NCBI RefSeq assembly: GCF_000392435.1
Contig: NC_021219.1
Span: forward strand, 90,001-122,000
DNA length: 32,000 nucleotides
Reading direction: 5' to 3'
Origin: Candidatus Saccharimonas aalborgensis
GTDB taxonomy: Bacteria; Patescibacteriota; Saccharimonadia; Saccharimonadales; Saccharimonadaceae
Part shown: piece by piece, positions 8,841 to 16,748 of the stretch
Position numbering within the stretch: position 1 is the first letter of the stretch
Layout: each line of letters starts with the position of its first letter
Position numbers and translations under genes: made by a program
The notes under the pieces: model-generated
The model's input: only the letters and a program-made list of their open reading frames with translations
Told to the model about the DNA's origin: nothing
The model's database searches: none

Positions 8841-9485
8841 TTAAATCACACTATGTTTATTCATTTCACTTTCAAGCTGCGCATAGACTGCTGCCGGATC
8901 AGTGGCCTTATTGATCGCTCCGCCGACGTTCAACACATCAACAGTACCCTGAGCCAAACTAAAAGCGTTTTCAACGTTGACGCCGCCGTCCCACCCTACT
9001 TCTACTTCAGGATGGATCATGCGGATAAGCCGGACCTTCTCCAGCTGCATCAGGCTAGCAGTACCCCCGTAATACCCGAGGTTTCCGCAAAACACGAGGA
9101 CGTGATCGGCCGCTTCAATATAGCCCCTGACGGTATTTGGTACCGTCGGCTTGAGAAGCGCGACACCGGCTTTGATACCAGCCGCTTTTAGTAATTGCAG
9201 ACTTGGCGTGAGGTCTTCCTGTGCTTCAGCATGAAATATGACCGTGTGGGGCTTTAGCTCGATCAATGCCTGCACATACTGGCTCGGGTTTGCTACCATG
9301 GCGTGCACATCGACTTCCCACTCTTGCGGCCACCACAATTGATTGACACCAACAGTAAAAGAGGGCGCAAACTGGCCGTCCGTCAGGTCAATATGGACAC
9401 GTTTTGCAAACGGATGGAGCCGCTCCACAGTTGTGCGATACTCATCTTCGGTTTCACATAAAAGAGCGGGTGCTATCACAGCCAT
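8841..9485 (-). CDS. rpe: Ribulose-phosphate 3-epimerase family protein
   Basis: 214 aa. Block-by-block collinear with Rpe: 'IAPALL', 'HIDLTDGQFAPSFT', 'VDVHAMV', 'VIFHAEA', 'GIKAGVAL', 'VGWDGGVNVEN', 'NVGGAI'. Somewhat divergent. Confidence 0.8.
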   Translation of the reverse strand: MAVIAPALLCETEDEYRTTVERLHPFAKRVHIDLTDGQFAPSFTVGVNQLWWPQEWEVDVHAMVANPSQYVQALIELKPHTVIFHAEAQEDLTPSLQLLKAAGIKAGVALLKPTVPNTVRGYIEAADHVLVFCGNLGYYGGTASLMQLEKVRLIRMIHPEVEVGWDGGVNVENAFSLAQGTVDVLNVGGAINKATDPAAVYAQLESEMNKHSVI

Positions 9486-9487
9486 GA

Positions 9488-9949
9488 CTAAAACACATCC
9501 AACTCTGCATTTCGCCGCTTATATCGGGCTGCGCCAGCAAATGGTGTTGTCAGCCATTCGTCGATCACTTCTTTCCATAGTTCTAGATCATCGCCCGGCG
9601 CATCAAGCACCCGTGCGGGCAAGCAAAGGACGTTGCTATCGTTATCGTTACGGCATTCGTGAGCTTCAAACGTATCCCATATCACTGCTGCTCGGATACC
9701 ACGGAAACGGTTGGCTGCCATCGCCATACCCTGTCCGCCGGTGCAAATCAAGATTGCCCTGGGGTCGTCCTCTTCGACCTCGCCCAGCACTTTTGTGGCC
9801 GCCATCTGCGCAAATTGCGGGAAATCATCCTGCGGATCGAGTTCCTTATCACCGACATCTTCCCATGTATAGCCGCGCTTGGTGAGGTACGCTTCGACTT
9901 TCTCCTTGAGATAAAAGCCGCCATGATCGGCACCGAGAAACAATTTCAT
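9488..9949 (-). CDS. rpiB: Ribose-5-phosphate isomerase B (RpiB/LacAB family)
   Basis: 153 aa. 'MKLFLGADHGGFYLKEKV' and 'ILICTGGQGMAMAANRFRGIRAAV' are typical of RpiB. Confidence 0.9.
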   Translation of the reverse strand: MKLFLGADHGGFYLKEKVEAYLTKRGYTWEDVGDKELDPQDDFPQFAQMAATKVLGEVEEDDPRAILICTGGQGMAMAANRFRGIRAAVIWDTFEAHECRNDNDSNVLCLPARVLDAPGDDLELWKEVIDEWLTTPFAGAARYKRRNAELDVF

Positions 9950-10006
9950 ACTGCTAAGTATAAGCGGTATTATGCTCTCTGTAAAGTGCAGGATGAGATT
10001 TTACTA

Positions 10007-10034
10007 TTGACTTATATGTTACTTAGGATATAAC
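10007..10034 (+). promoter_or_regulatory. Candidate sigma70-type promoter (TTGACT - 16 nt - TATAAC)
   Basis: TTGACT at 10007-10012 and TATAAC at 10029-10034, in the rpiB/pilin intergenic gap. Followed by a small hairpin GCGCA-CTTC-TGCGC (10051-10064) and the SD/ATG of the 35-codon ORF. Confidence 0.35.
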
Positions 10035-10097
10035 GAGTATGCTCAGATGAGCGCACTTCTGCGCACACCAGTGCACCTACCCCTGAGGAGAGTTGTT

Positions 10098-10205
10098 ATG
10101 AACAAGTCTTTCGCCATTGCCATGTTCGTGGCCGTGTTCGTCGCACCGGCGGCAGTCCAGACCGCCATCAACCTGCTCGACGAGCGCGGGTATCATCCAC
10201 GATGA
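10098..10205 (+). CDS. Candidate 35-aa hydrophobic small protein
   Basis: Own translation: MNKSFAIAMFVAVFVAPAAVQTAINLLDERGYHPR*. A GAGGAG SD (10085-10090) lies 7 nt upstream of the ATG. Codons are strongly G/C-ending, unlike the neighbouring genes. Too short for the supplied ORF track. Confidence 0.3.
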   Translation: MNKSFAIAMFVAVFVAPAAVQTAINLLDERGYHPR

Positions 10206-10235
10206 CAGGAGTAGGGGAGATTATTTAGTCAGGGA

Positions 10236-10751
10236 TTACGAATCGAGTACCCATGGGTACCAAGAGCCATTATTCGTGAACCCGGTATACTGTACAGTTG
10301 AGGTGGTACCCACGATTCCACTATCTAAGCACAGTTGGGGTGCCGTTGTAGAACCGGAGTATGCGGAAATCTGATCTGTTGACGAGAGATATTTTATAAT
10401 AGTACTTGACTTGACTCTTGCAACTAAACTGTATGTAGTTCCAGCGTTATCAACGCAGTAGAATATTGTTGCACCAACCGGATTTACTCCGTATGTTTGT
10501 TTATTAATGTGTACTCCAATTGCTTTAAATTCGGCAACTGTTGGAAAGCGGCGATTATCTGTCCAGTGTAGTTTGGTTTGTGTAGCAATATTTGCTATAT
10601 CATGGCGCACAGCACTATCTTGTGCGTGCTGGATAATTCCACTATAGCTAACGACGGAGATTACCGTTAGTATTGCGATCACACCAATCACAACCAGTAT
10701 CTCTACTATCGTGAAACCACTTACACAACTGGGTTGATACCTTACGTGCAT
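10236..10751 (-). CDS. Type IV pilin / pseudopilin (prepilin-type N-terminal cleavage/methylation domain)
   Basis: 171 aa. Class III signal 'MHVRYQPSCVSG|FTIVEILVVIGVIAILTVISV' (G-1, F+1, E+5). Two C-terminal Cys (FYCVD ... QLCLD) consistent with a disulfide-bonded D-region. The ATG lies 2 nt after the gap stop. Confidence 0.8.
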   Translation of the reverse strand: MHVRYQPSCVSGFTIVEILVVIGVIAILTVISVVSYSGIIQHAQDSAVRHDIANIATQTKLHWTDNRRFPTVAEFKAIGVHINKQTYGVNPVGATIFYCVDNAGTTYSLVARVKSSTIIKYLSSTDQISAYSGSTTAPQLCLDSGIVGTTSTVQYTGFTNNGSWYPWVLDS

Positions 10752-10753
10752 AC

Positions 10754-11788
10754 TTATTGGCCGCCTGCCACTACCTTTCCGGCATCAGCGACTAGTTCAA
10801 CAAGACGGTTTGAGTATCCCCACTCATTGTCATACCACGCCACAACTTTGACGAGATTTCCCCCGACGACATTGGTGAGTGGCAGATCAACGATAGAACT
10901 ATGGCTATTGCCTTTGAAATCTGTGCTTACTAATTCCTCGGCCGTAACATCAAGAATACCCTGATAAAACGGTGTCGCAGCAGCTTCTCTAAAGGCACTG
11001 TTGACTTCATCAACTGTCACATTCCGCTTAACGAGTACCACAAAATCACTCATGCTCACTACTGGTGTCGGGACGCGTACTGACAAACCACCGAATTTTC
11101 CCTCGAGTGCCGGTAAGGCTTTTGCCGCAGCGATGGAGGCACCGGTCGTTGTCGGAACAATGTTCTCGGCTGCCGCACGTGCCTCACGAAGATCTTTTGC
11201 GGGAGCATCTTGAAGCCGCTGGCTCGCAGTATAACTATGAACCGTTGTCATCATAGCTTTTTCGATACCAAACGCCTTCTCGAGCACCGCCATCACTGGG
11301 GTGATACAGTTTGTCGTACACGATGCATTTGAGATCACGGCGGTAGAATGCTCAATCTGATCTTCATTTACGCCGAGGACAATGGTATCGGCCCCCTCGC
11401 CCTTCGCCGGTGCCGAAATGACTACCTTTTTTGCACCGGCATCGATATGCGCTTGAGCCTTGGCCGGATCAACAAAAAATCCCGTCGACTCGATCACGAC
11501 ATCGATGTTATGATCGCGCCATGGAAGGGCTGAGGGTTCTTTCTCCGCCAACACCGCGATATGTTGCCCATCAACGATGATACCCGTTTCGTCGTGTCCT
11601 ACCTCGTGAGCGTAGGTTCCGTACGATGAATCATGTTTGAGAAGATGTGCTAGTGTCCTCGTATCGGTAAGGTCGTTGATCGCCACAACTTCCACGTCAT
11701 CACGCTCAAAGGCGATTTTAAATGCGTTTCGACCTATCCTCCCGAATCCGTTGATTGCCACTCTCACTTTGCCCATAGTGTTCCTCAT
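10754..11788 (-). CDS. gap: Type I glyceraldehyde-3-phosphate dehydrogenase
   Basis: 344 aa. 'VAINGFGRIGRNAF', the active site 'SNASCTTNC' and 'WYDNEWGYS'. Confidence 0.95.
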   Translation of the reverse strand: MRNTMGKVRVAINGFGRIGRNAFKIAFERDDVEVVAINDLTDTRTLAHLLKHDSSYGTYAHEVGHDETGIIVDGQHIAVLAEKEPSALPWRDHNIDVVIESTGFFVDPAKAQAHIDAGAKKVVISAPAKGEGADTIVLGVNEDQIEHSTAVISNASCTTNCITPVMAVLEKAFGIEKAMMTTVHSYTASQRLQDAPAKDLREARAAAENIVPTTTGASIAAAKALPALEGKFGGLSVRVPTPVVSMSDFVVLVKRNVTVDEVNSAFREAAATPFYQGILDVTAEELVSTDFKGNSHSSIVDLPLTNVVGGNLVKVVAWYDNEWGYSNRLVELVADAGKVVAGGQ

Positions 11789-11921
11789 TGTTTTAGCATT
11801 AGCTCTATTATCTCATAGTATATCGCACCGATTCCATTCCTAGTAGATTGACATTAGTTATGTTTGGTTTTCTAATGGTAAGTTCAATCGTCTTTTAGTA
11901 TTTTTCTGTATACTTAGTAGT

Positions 11922-13454
11922 ATGGATACGAGCGAGGTGTTGCGGGCGGCCAAAGGACAATATGGCAAACAGCAACTTCTTGTGCTCTCTCGCGCTATTG
12001 ATTACGCGGCAGAAGTCCACAAGGGCCAACGACGAAAGAGTGGTGAGCCCTATATCACTCACCCGCTGTCTGTGGCGGTGCTCCTGATCGAATGGGGCAT
12101 GGATGTCGATTCAGTCATTGCCGGTATCCTCCATGACACCGTCGAAGACACTACTGCCACACTCGAACAAATCGAGCACTCGTTTGGAAAAGACGTCGCT
12201 TTTTTGGTTGACGGCGTGACAAAGGTAAGCCAGGCTCGTGCCGGTATGCAAAGCCTCGAAAATTACCTACCGCAAACTCGTGATAATCTCACCAAACTTC
12301 TCATCGCCGTTGGTCAAGATGTCCGTGTTATCATCATCAAACTTGCCGACCGACTGCACAATATGAAAACTCTACAGTATAAGAGTCAGGAGAAGCAAAA
12401 AAAGATCGCACGTGAAACGATCGAGGTATTTGCACCACTTGCTGACCGACTCAATATGGGTCGAGTCCGCGTTCAACTGGAAGAGCTTAGTTTTCGCTAC
12501 CTGTGGCCAAAAGAATTTGAGACTACGAAGCAGCTGATGGACAGTCGATTGAGTAAGAGTAAGAAAAAACTTGAGAGCGTGCGTCGAGAGGTCGATGCTT
12601 ACCTTACAAAAGAAAAAATCCCTCACTCGATAGACGGCCGTGTCAAGAGCGTCTATAGCCTCTACAAAAAACTCAAGCGAGTACCAAACATTGATGATAT
12701 TTATGACCTCATGGCGTTACGAATTGTCGTCGATGATTTGGCAACGTGCTACCTTGTGCTTGGTGAACTCCATAGCCTCTACGAGCCAATGGTAGATCGT
12801 ATCAAAGATTATATTGCCAAACCAAAACCAAACGGCTACCAATCACTCCATACAACAATTATCACCAAAAACGGTCAGCATGTTGAGTTTCAGGTGCGCA
12901 CACGGGAAATGCATGAATACGCTGAGCGTGGGTTGGCGGCAAGTTTTCACTACAACGAACAAAAATTAACAGAGGCCTATATCCGTGGTAACATGGCCGA
13001 GTTGCCGGCCGATCTCCACTGGATTGCCGATCTGCAAAACGCTGCCGCTCAGATAAATGAGGGTAAGGAGTTCGACGTCGAAAATCTCAAAGTCGATTTG
13101 TTTGGTGATCGTATTTTTGTGTTTTCGCCAAAAGGTGATATTTATGATCTGCCAGATGGAGCTTTTCCACTAGATTATGCTTACAGAGTACACTCCGACC
13201 TGGCGGCGCGCGCAAGTGGTTTTATGATCAATGGCAAGATGGAGCCCTTTAGCCATCAGCTTCAGCATGGTGATGTGGTGGAGATTTTGACAAGCAAGGG
13301 CGCGAAACCACGTCCCGACTGGCAACAGTACGTACTTACTAGTCATGCCCGCATGAAATTACGCGCCCAACTACGAAAAGGGGGTGTATTGGGACGTATC
13401 TCAAACGCCGCCTCGATTCTTCACCGCAAGATGCGCAAAAACAAACGATCGTAG
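11922..13454 (+). CDS. rel: Bifunctional (p)ppGpp synthetase/hydrolase, short Rel/SpoT homologue (HD + synthetase + TGS only)
   Basis: 510 aa. HD hydrolase motif 'HPLSVAVLL...GILHDTVEDT'; synthetase 'RVKSVYSLYKKL', 'DRIKDYIAKPKPNGYQSLHTTI' (RxKD type) and 'EFQVRTREMH'; TGS 'IFVFSPKGDIYDLPDGAFPLDYAYRVHSD'. The protein ends about 40 aa after the TGS domain. Confidence 0.9.
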   Translation: MDTSEVLRAAKGQYGKQQLLVLSRAIDYAAEVHKGQRRKSGEPYITHPLSVAVLLIEWGMDVDSVIAGILHDTVEDTTATLEQIEHSFGKDVAFLVDGVTKVSQARAGMQSLENYLPQTRDNLTKLLIAVGQDVRVIIIKLADRLHNMKTLQYKSQEKQKKIARETIEVFAPLADRLNMGRVRVQLEELSFRYLWPKEFETTKQLMDSRLSKSKKKLESVRREVDAYLTKEKIPHSIDGRVKSVYSLYKKLKRVPNIDDIYDLMALRIVVDDLATCYLVLGELHSLYEPMVDRIKDYIAKPKPNGYQSLHTTIITKNGQHVEFQVRTREMHEYAERGLAASFHYNEQKLTEAYIRGNMAELPADLHWIADLQNAAAQINEGKEFDVENLKVDLFGDRIFVFSPKGDIYDLPDGAFPLDYAYRVHSDLAARASGFMINGKMEPFSHQLQHGDVVEILTSKGAKPRPDWQQYVLTSHARMKLRAQLRKGGVLGRISNAASILHRKMRKNKRS

Positions 13455-13985
13455 TTACTTATTGTTATAGCGCTCAATGCACTCAACAATAATGCGCTTG
13501 GCTTCCTCGACATCTCCCCAGCCAATCACTCGAGTACTACCAGGCTTCTTCAGATCTTTGTAGTGCGTGAAGTGATGCTCGATTTGCTGTTTCCAGCGTT
13601 CACCTAAATCTTCGACGCTACGATACTGATCACCCGTTTGTCGATCGTCGGCAGGACAGACGACAACCTTGTCATCGACTTCACCATCATCCTCAAACTT
13701 TAGAACACCGAGGATCCGCGCTTCGAGCCAGATGCCCGTGACGAGCGGCTCGTGACAGACGATCAGTGTATCAAGCTCATCGCCATCCTCATCGAGTGTT
13801 TGTGGGATAAACCCATAGTTGACTGGTTTGGCAAAAATTTGTGGCTCAACACGATCAAGGGTAAACGCTGCACGCTCACGATCCCATTCAATTTTTAATG
13901 TTGACCCCTCGGGAATCTCAACTACCGTATTAACAACGCCATTATCGACATCTCCCGGGAGAAGCACCTGATTGAAATCAGCCAT
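13455..13985 (-). CDS. ppa: Family I inorganic pyrophosphatase
   Basis: 'VNTVVEIPEGSTLKIEWD', 'YGFIPQTLDEDGDELD' and 'DDKVV'. The track ORF starts at 14087, but ATG 13983-13985 has an AAAGGAAAAAAA leader and gives the canonical ~176-aa length. The longer form would overlap the divergent PLD gene. Confidence 0.9.
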   Translation of the reverse strand: MADFNQVLLPGDVDNGVVNTVVEIPEGSTLKIEWDRERAAFTLDRVEPQIFAKPVNYGFIPQTLDEDGDELDTLIVCHEPLVTGIWLEARILGVLKFEDDGEVDDKVVVCPADDRQTGDQYRSVEDLGERWKQQIEHHFTHYKDLKKPGSTRVIGWGDVEEAKRIIVECIERYNNK

Positions 13986-14063
13986 TTTTTTCCTTTCGCT
14001 TAACAAACTGTGTTTTAGTGTACCAGCTTTGAGCGTGCTAGGGTATACTGAGACGATAGAACT

Positions 14064-15074
14064 ATGCCGTCTTCTCACCCTTCGCATCTCTTAACTGCCG
14101 CAGACTATATCGCCGACGTTACGTCGTCGATCAACCGCGCAAAAACGCGCATAGCAGTTGTAGCGACAACCTTGCATGCCGACGACCCGCTAGCTGAAGC
14201 ATTGGTCGATGCACTCTGTGCAGCCGCAACTCGAGGTCTCACGGTATCAGTCTGTATCGATGCCTACACCTATATTGAGCCAAAAGAGTTTTTATTGAAG
14301 TCTCCGCGCCGCCACCCAAAACGCGCCTATCGAGCCCTCAAGGTTGAGCGCCGGCTAAAAAAGCAAGGTGTCGATTTTCACTGGCTTGGCCGTACCACTA
14401 ACTTTGCCCTGACGGGTCGAACTCATAGTAAATGGACTATTGTCGATGACTGCGTCTATAGTTTTGGTGGCGTCAACCTGGATCGTGCCAGTTTTGCAAA
14501 TACTGACTATATGCTCAAGATGGTCGATGCCGTGTTTGCCGATGCCCTCTACAGCGAACACCTCGACCTCATTCGTGCTGATCGCTCAGGGCGAGCCAGC
14601 AAGAGCAGGACCCTCACCGTCAGTCCATCGATGACCGTTCTCCTCGATGGAGGGATGCCTGGCAACTCACTTATTTATCGCCGTGCCTGTAGTTTGGCCA
14701 AACAAGCTAACGAGATAACGCTCGTATCGCAATTTTGTCCTACCGGTAAGTTAGGTCGCATCTTAAAGCGAAAAAAAGCTACTCTGTATTTTAATCATTG
14801 GCGTGAGGCCGAGGTGCTCAACAAAGTTCTCATTCAGGTAAGCATGTTGTTTACACGCCACAAGACCCTGTACCAAAGAGAGCAGTACTTGCATGCAAAA
14901 TGTATAATTTTTACTATGTCAAACGGAAGCAAGGTCGCGCTTAGCAGCTCGCATAATTTTGTATATGGCGGCGTGCTGCTCGGTACCCGGGAAATTGCTC
15001 TTGAAACAACTGATCGAACCGTCATCCAACAGCTTGAGTCGTTCATCACCCATCACGTTGCCGGCCGCGACTGA
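14064..15074 (+). CDS. Phospholipase D / cardiolipin-synthase-like family protein (two PLD repeats)
   Basis: 336 aa. The first HKD motif is intact: 'HSKWTIVDDCVYSFGGVNL'. The second is degenerate: 'HAKCIIFTMSNGSKVALSSSHN' (Asp replaced by Thr). Confidence 0.75.
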   Translation: MPSSHPSHLLTAADYIADVTSSINRAKTRIAVVATTLHADDPLAEALVDALCAAATRGLTVSVCIDAYTYIEPKEFLLKSPRRHPKRAYRALKVERRLKKQGVDFHWLGRTTNFALTGRTHSKWTIVDDCVYSFGGVNLDRASFANTDYMLKMVDAVFADALYSEHLDLIRADRSGRASKSRTLTVSPSMTVLLDGGMPGNSLIYRRACSLAKQANEITLVSQFCPTGKLGRILKRKKATLYFNHWREAEVLNKVLIQVSMLFTRHKTLYQREQYLHAKCIIFTMSNGSKVALSSSHNFVYGGVLLGTREIALETTDRTVIQQLESFITHHVAGRD

Positions 15075-15090
15075 ATGATACAATGACAGT

Positions 15091-15786
15091 ATGTTAATTA
15101 TCGGTCATCGCGGAGCAAAAGGTCTCGCACCCGAAAATACGCTTGCCGCATTGCAGGCTGGAGTCGATGCTGGTGCCGACATGCTTGAATGTGACGTACG
15201 GCTGACAAAAGATAACCAGTTGGTTATCATTCACGATTCTCGTTTGATGCGTACACACCGCCAGCTCGTTGCCGTGAGCGGACTTACCCTTGCTGAGCTA
15301 CAGGAGCGAACTCCCGACATGCCAGTTCCAACGCTCAGAGAAGCACTCGATGCTTATTTTGGGAAAATCATACTCAATATTGAAATCAAAAGCCGCGGAG
15401 CAGGCAAAGCAGTCGTGGCGCTCCTCGCAAAAGACTACATAACACGACCTCAGGACTGGGACACTATCCTCCTGTCTTCTTTCCACGTGGGTGAACTTCG
15501 CTCGATACGCCGCGCATCACAGCGAGCCAATATTGCACTACTCCACCGAGAAAACCCCTTTACCTTCATTGCTTTTGAACGCAGTTTACGACTTTCGGCA
15601 GTCGGTTTTCATCGATTGACCATAAACTCATTCGCCCTCGATATTGCTCATCGAATCGGGTTATTTACCTATGTCTATACCGTCAACCGGCCCGAGGCCG
15701 CCCTGCGACTCGAAGCCCAAGGGGTGGATGGTATCGTTACCAACTATCCCGATATACTTGTTGAGGTATTAAACAATTCAAACTAG
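15091..15786 (+). CDS. Glycerophosphodiester phosphodiesterase (GDPD family)
   Basis: 231 aa. 'IIGHRGAKGLAPENTLAA', 'ECDVRLTKDNQLVIIHD' and 'NIEIK' are GDPD hallmarks. Confidence 0.85.
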   Translation: MLIIGHRGAKGLAPENTLAALQAGVDAGADMLECDVRLTKDNQLVIIHDSRLMRTHRQLVAVSGLTLAELQERTPDMPVPTLREALDAYFGKIILNIEIKSRGAGKAVVALLAKDYITRPQDWDTILLSSFHVGELRSIRRASQRANIALLHRENPFTFIAFERSLRLSAVGFHRLTINSFALDIAHRIGLFTYVYTVNRPEAALRLEAQGVDGIVTNYPDILVEVLNNSN

Positions 15787-16739
15787 TTTTTTGCGGATGA
15801 TAGAGCATCGAGATATTCTCGAATATTGAGGGCAGCCGTGGCTCCTTCACCAACCGCACTGGCTACTTGCATTGTCGCCCCACTGCGAACATCGCCGCTG
15901 GCAAAGATACCGGGTACGGCCGTCTCGAGATGTTCATTGGTGATGATATGCCCGATCGGGTCAAGTTCAACCCCGCTCCCAACCAAAAACTCTGTGTTCG
16001 GTTTGAGACCAATGAATACAAAGGTACCGTCGACCTGTAGCTCATCAGACTGACCCGCAGAGACTGTACGAACAGTCATTGCCTTGGTTTCGCTATCAAC
16101 GCTAATCTCAGTTGGTACCGTTTGTAAATGAATGGTAACCTTACCAGCATCAACGTACTTCTGCAATTCATCTTGCAATACCTGGCTCGCTTTGACCGTA
16201 CTACGTACCAACAGATCTATGTGACTCGCAAACCGAGTCAGAAAGATTGCTTCCTGCACGCCAGAGTTGCCACCGCCGACCACTACGAGCCGCTTATCAC
16301 GATAAAACGCGCCATCACAGGTTGCGCAGTAGTGCACGCCGCGTCCATAATACTCAGCTTCACCCGGAATCCCCAATTTGTTGTAGTCACTTCCTGTTGC
16401 AATCAGTACGCTCTGTGCTTTGACCTCTTCACCATCAACTGTCAACACAATGCCGTCTTGGCCACGACGCACCGCAGATACGTCACCGTACTTGATGACT
16501 GCGCCGAAGCGCTCGGCTTGTTTTTGCAGATTATCTGCCAAGGTCAGCCCTTCAATGCCATCGGGAAACCCAGGGTAATTGTCGACTTTATCGGTGATCG
16601 CTGCAAGTCCACCCACAACTGCCTTTTCGTACAATACTGTCTCGATGTCCTCACGTGTCGTATAAATTGCGGCAGCGAGAGCACTCGGCCCGGCACCGAT
16701 CATCACAACATCATGGATAGTTTCATCGGTCATCATCAC
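15783..16739 (-). CDS. trxB: Thioredoxin-disulfide reductase
   Basis: 318 aa. 'VVMIGAGPSALAAAIY', redox-active 'CATCDG', 'VVGGGNSGVQEA' and 'GIFASGD'. Confidence 0.9.
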   Translation of the reverse strand: MMMTDETIHDVVMIGAGPSALAAAIYTTREDIETVLYEKAVVGGLAAITDKVDNYPGFPDGIEGLTLADNLQKQAERFGAVIKYGDVSAVRRGQDGIVLTVDGEEVKAQSVLIATGSDYNKLGIPGEAEYYGRGVHYCATCDGAFYRDKRLVVVGGGNSGVQEAIFLTRFASHIDLLVRSTVKASQVLQDELQKYVDAGKVTIHLQTVPTEISVDSETKAMTVRTVSAGQSDELQVDGTFVFIGLKPNTEFLVGSGVELDPIGHIITNEHLETAVPGIFASGDVRSGATMQVASAVGEGATAALNIREYLDALSSAKN

Positions 16740-16748
16740 CCTCCTTAC

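Noticed and set aside
10247-10260. Perfect 14-nt palindrome GTACCCATGGGTAC near the pilin 3' end, considered as a terminator or operator
   Set aside because: It lies inside the pilin coding sequence (encoding WYPWVL), has no T-run on either side and effectively no loop. It is most simply a coincidence of Trp/Tyr/Pro/Val codons.
10117-10374. Track ORF of 85 aa on the plus strand
   Set aside because: Most of it is antisense to the 3' end of the pilin gene. It has no SD, and its start lies inside the better-supported 35-codon ORF in another frame.
13986-14087. Longer 210-aa form of the pyrophosphatase starting at 14087
   Set aside because: - The extra 34 residues (MRRVRRRHSSIVSV...) are Arg/Ser-rich and not part of family I PPases.
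- The extension would overlap the divergent PLD gene start.
- The internal ATG at 13985 has a good SD and gives the canonical length.
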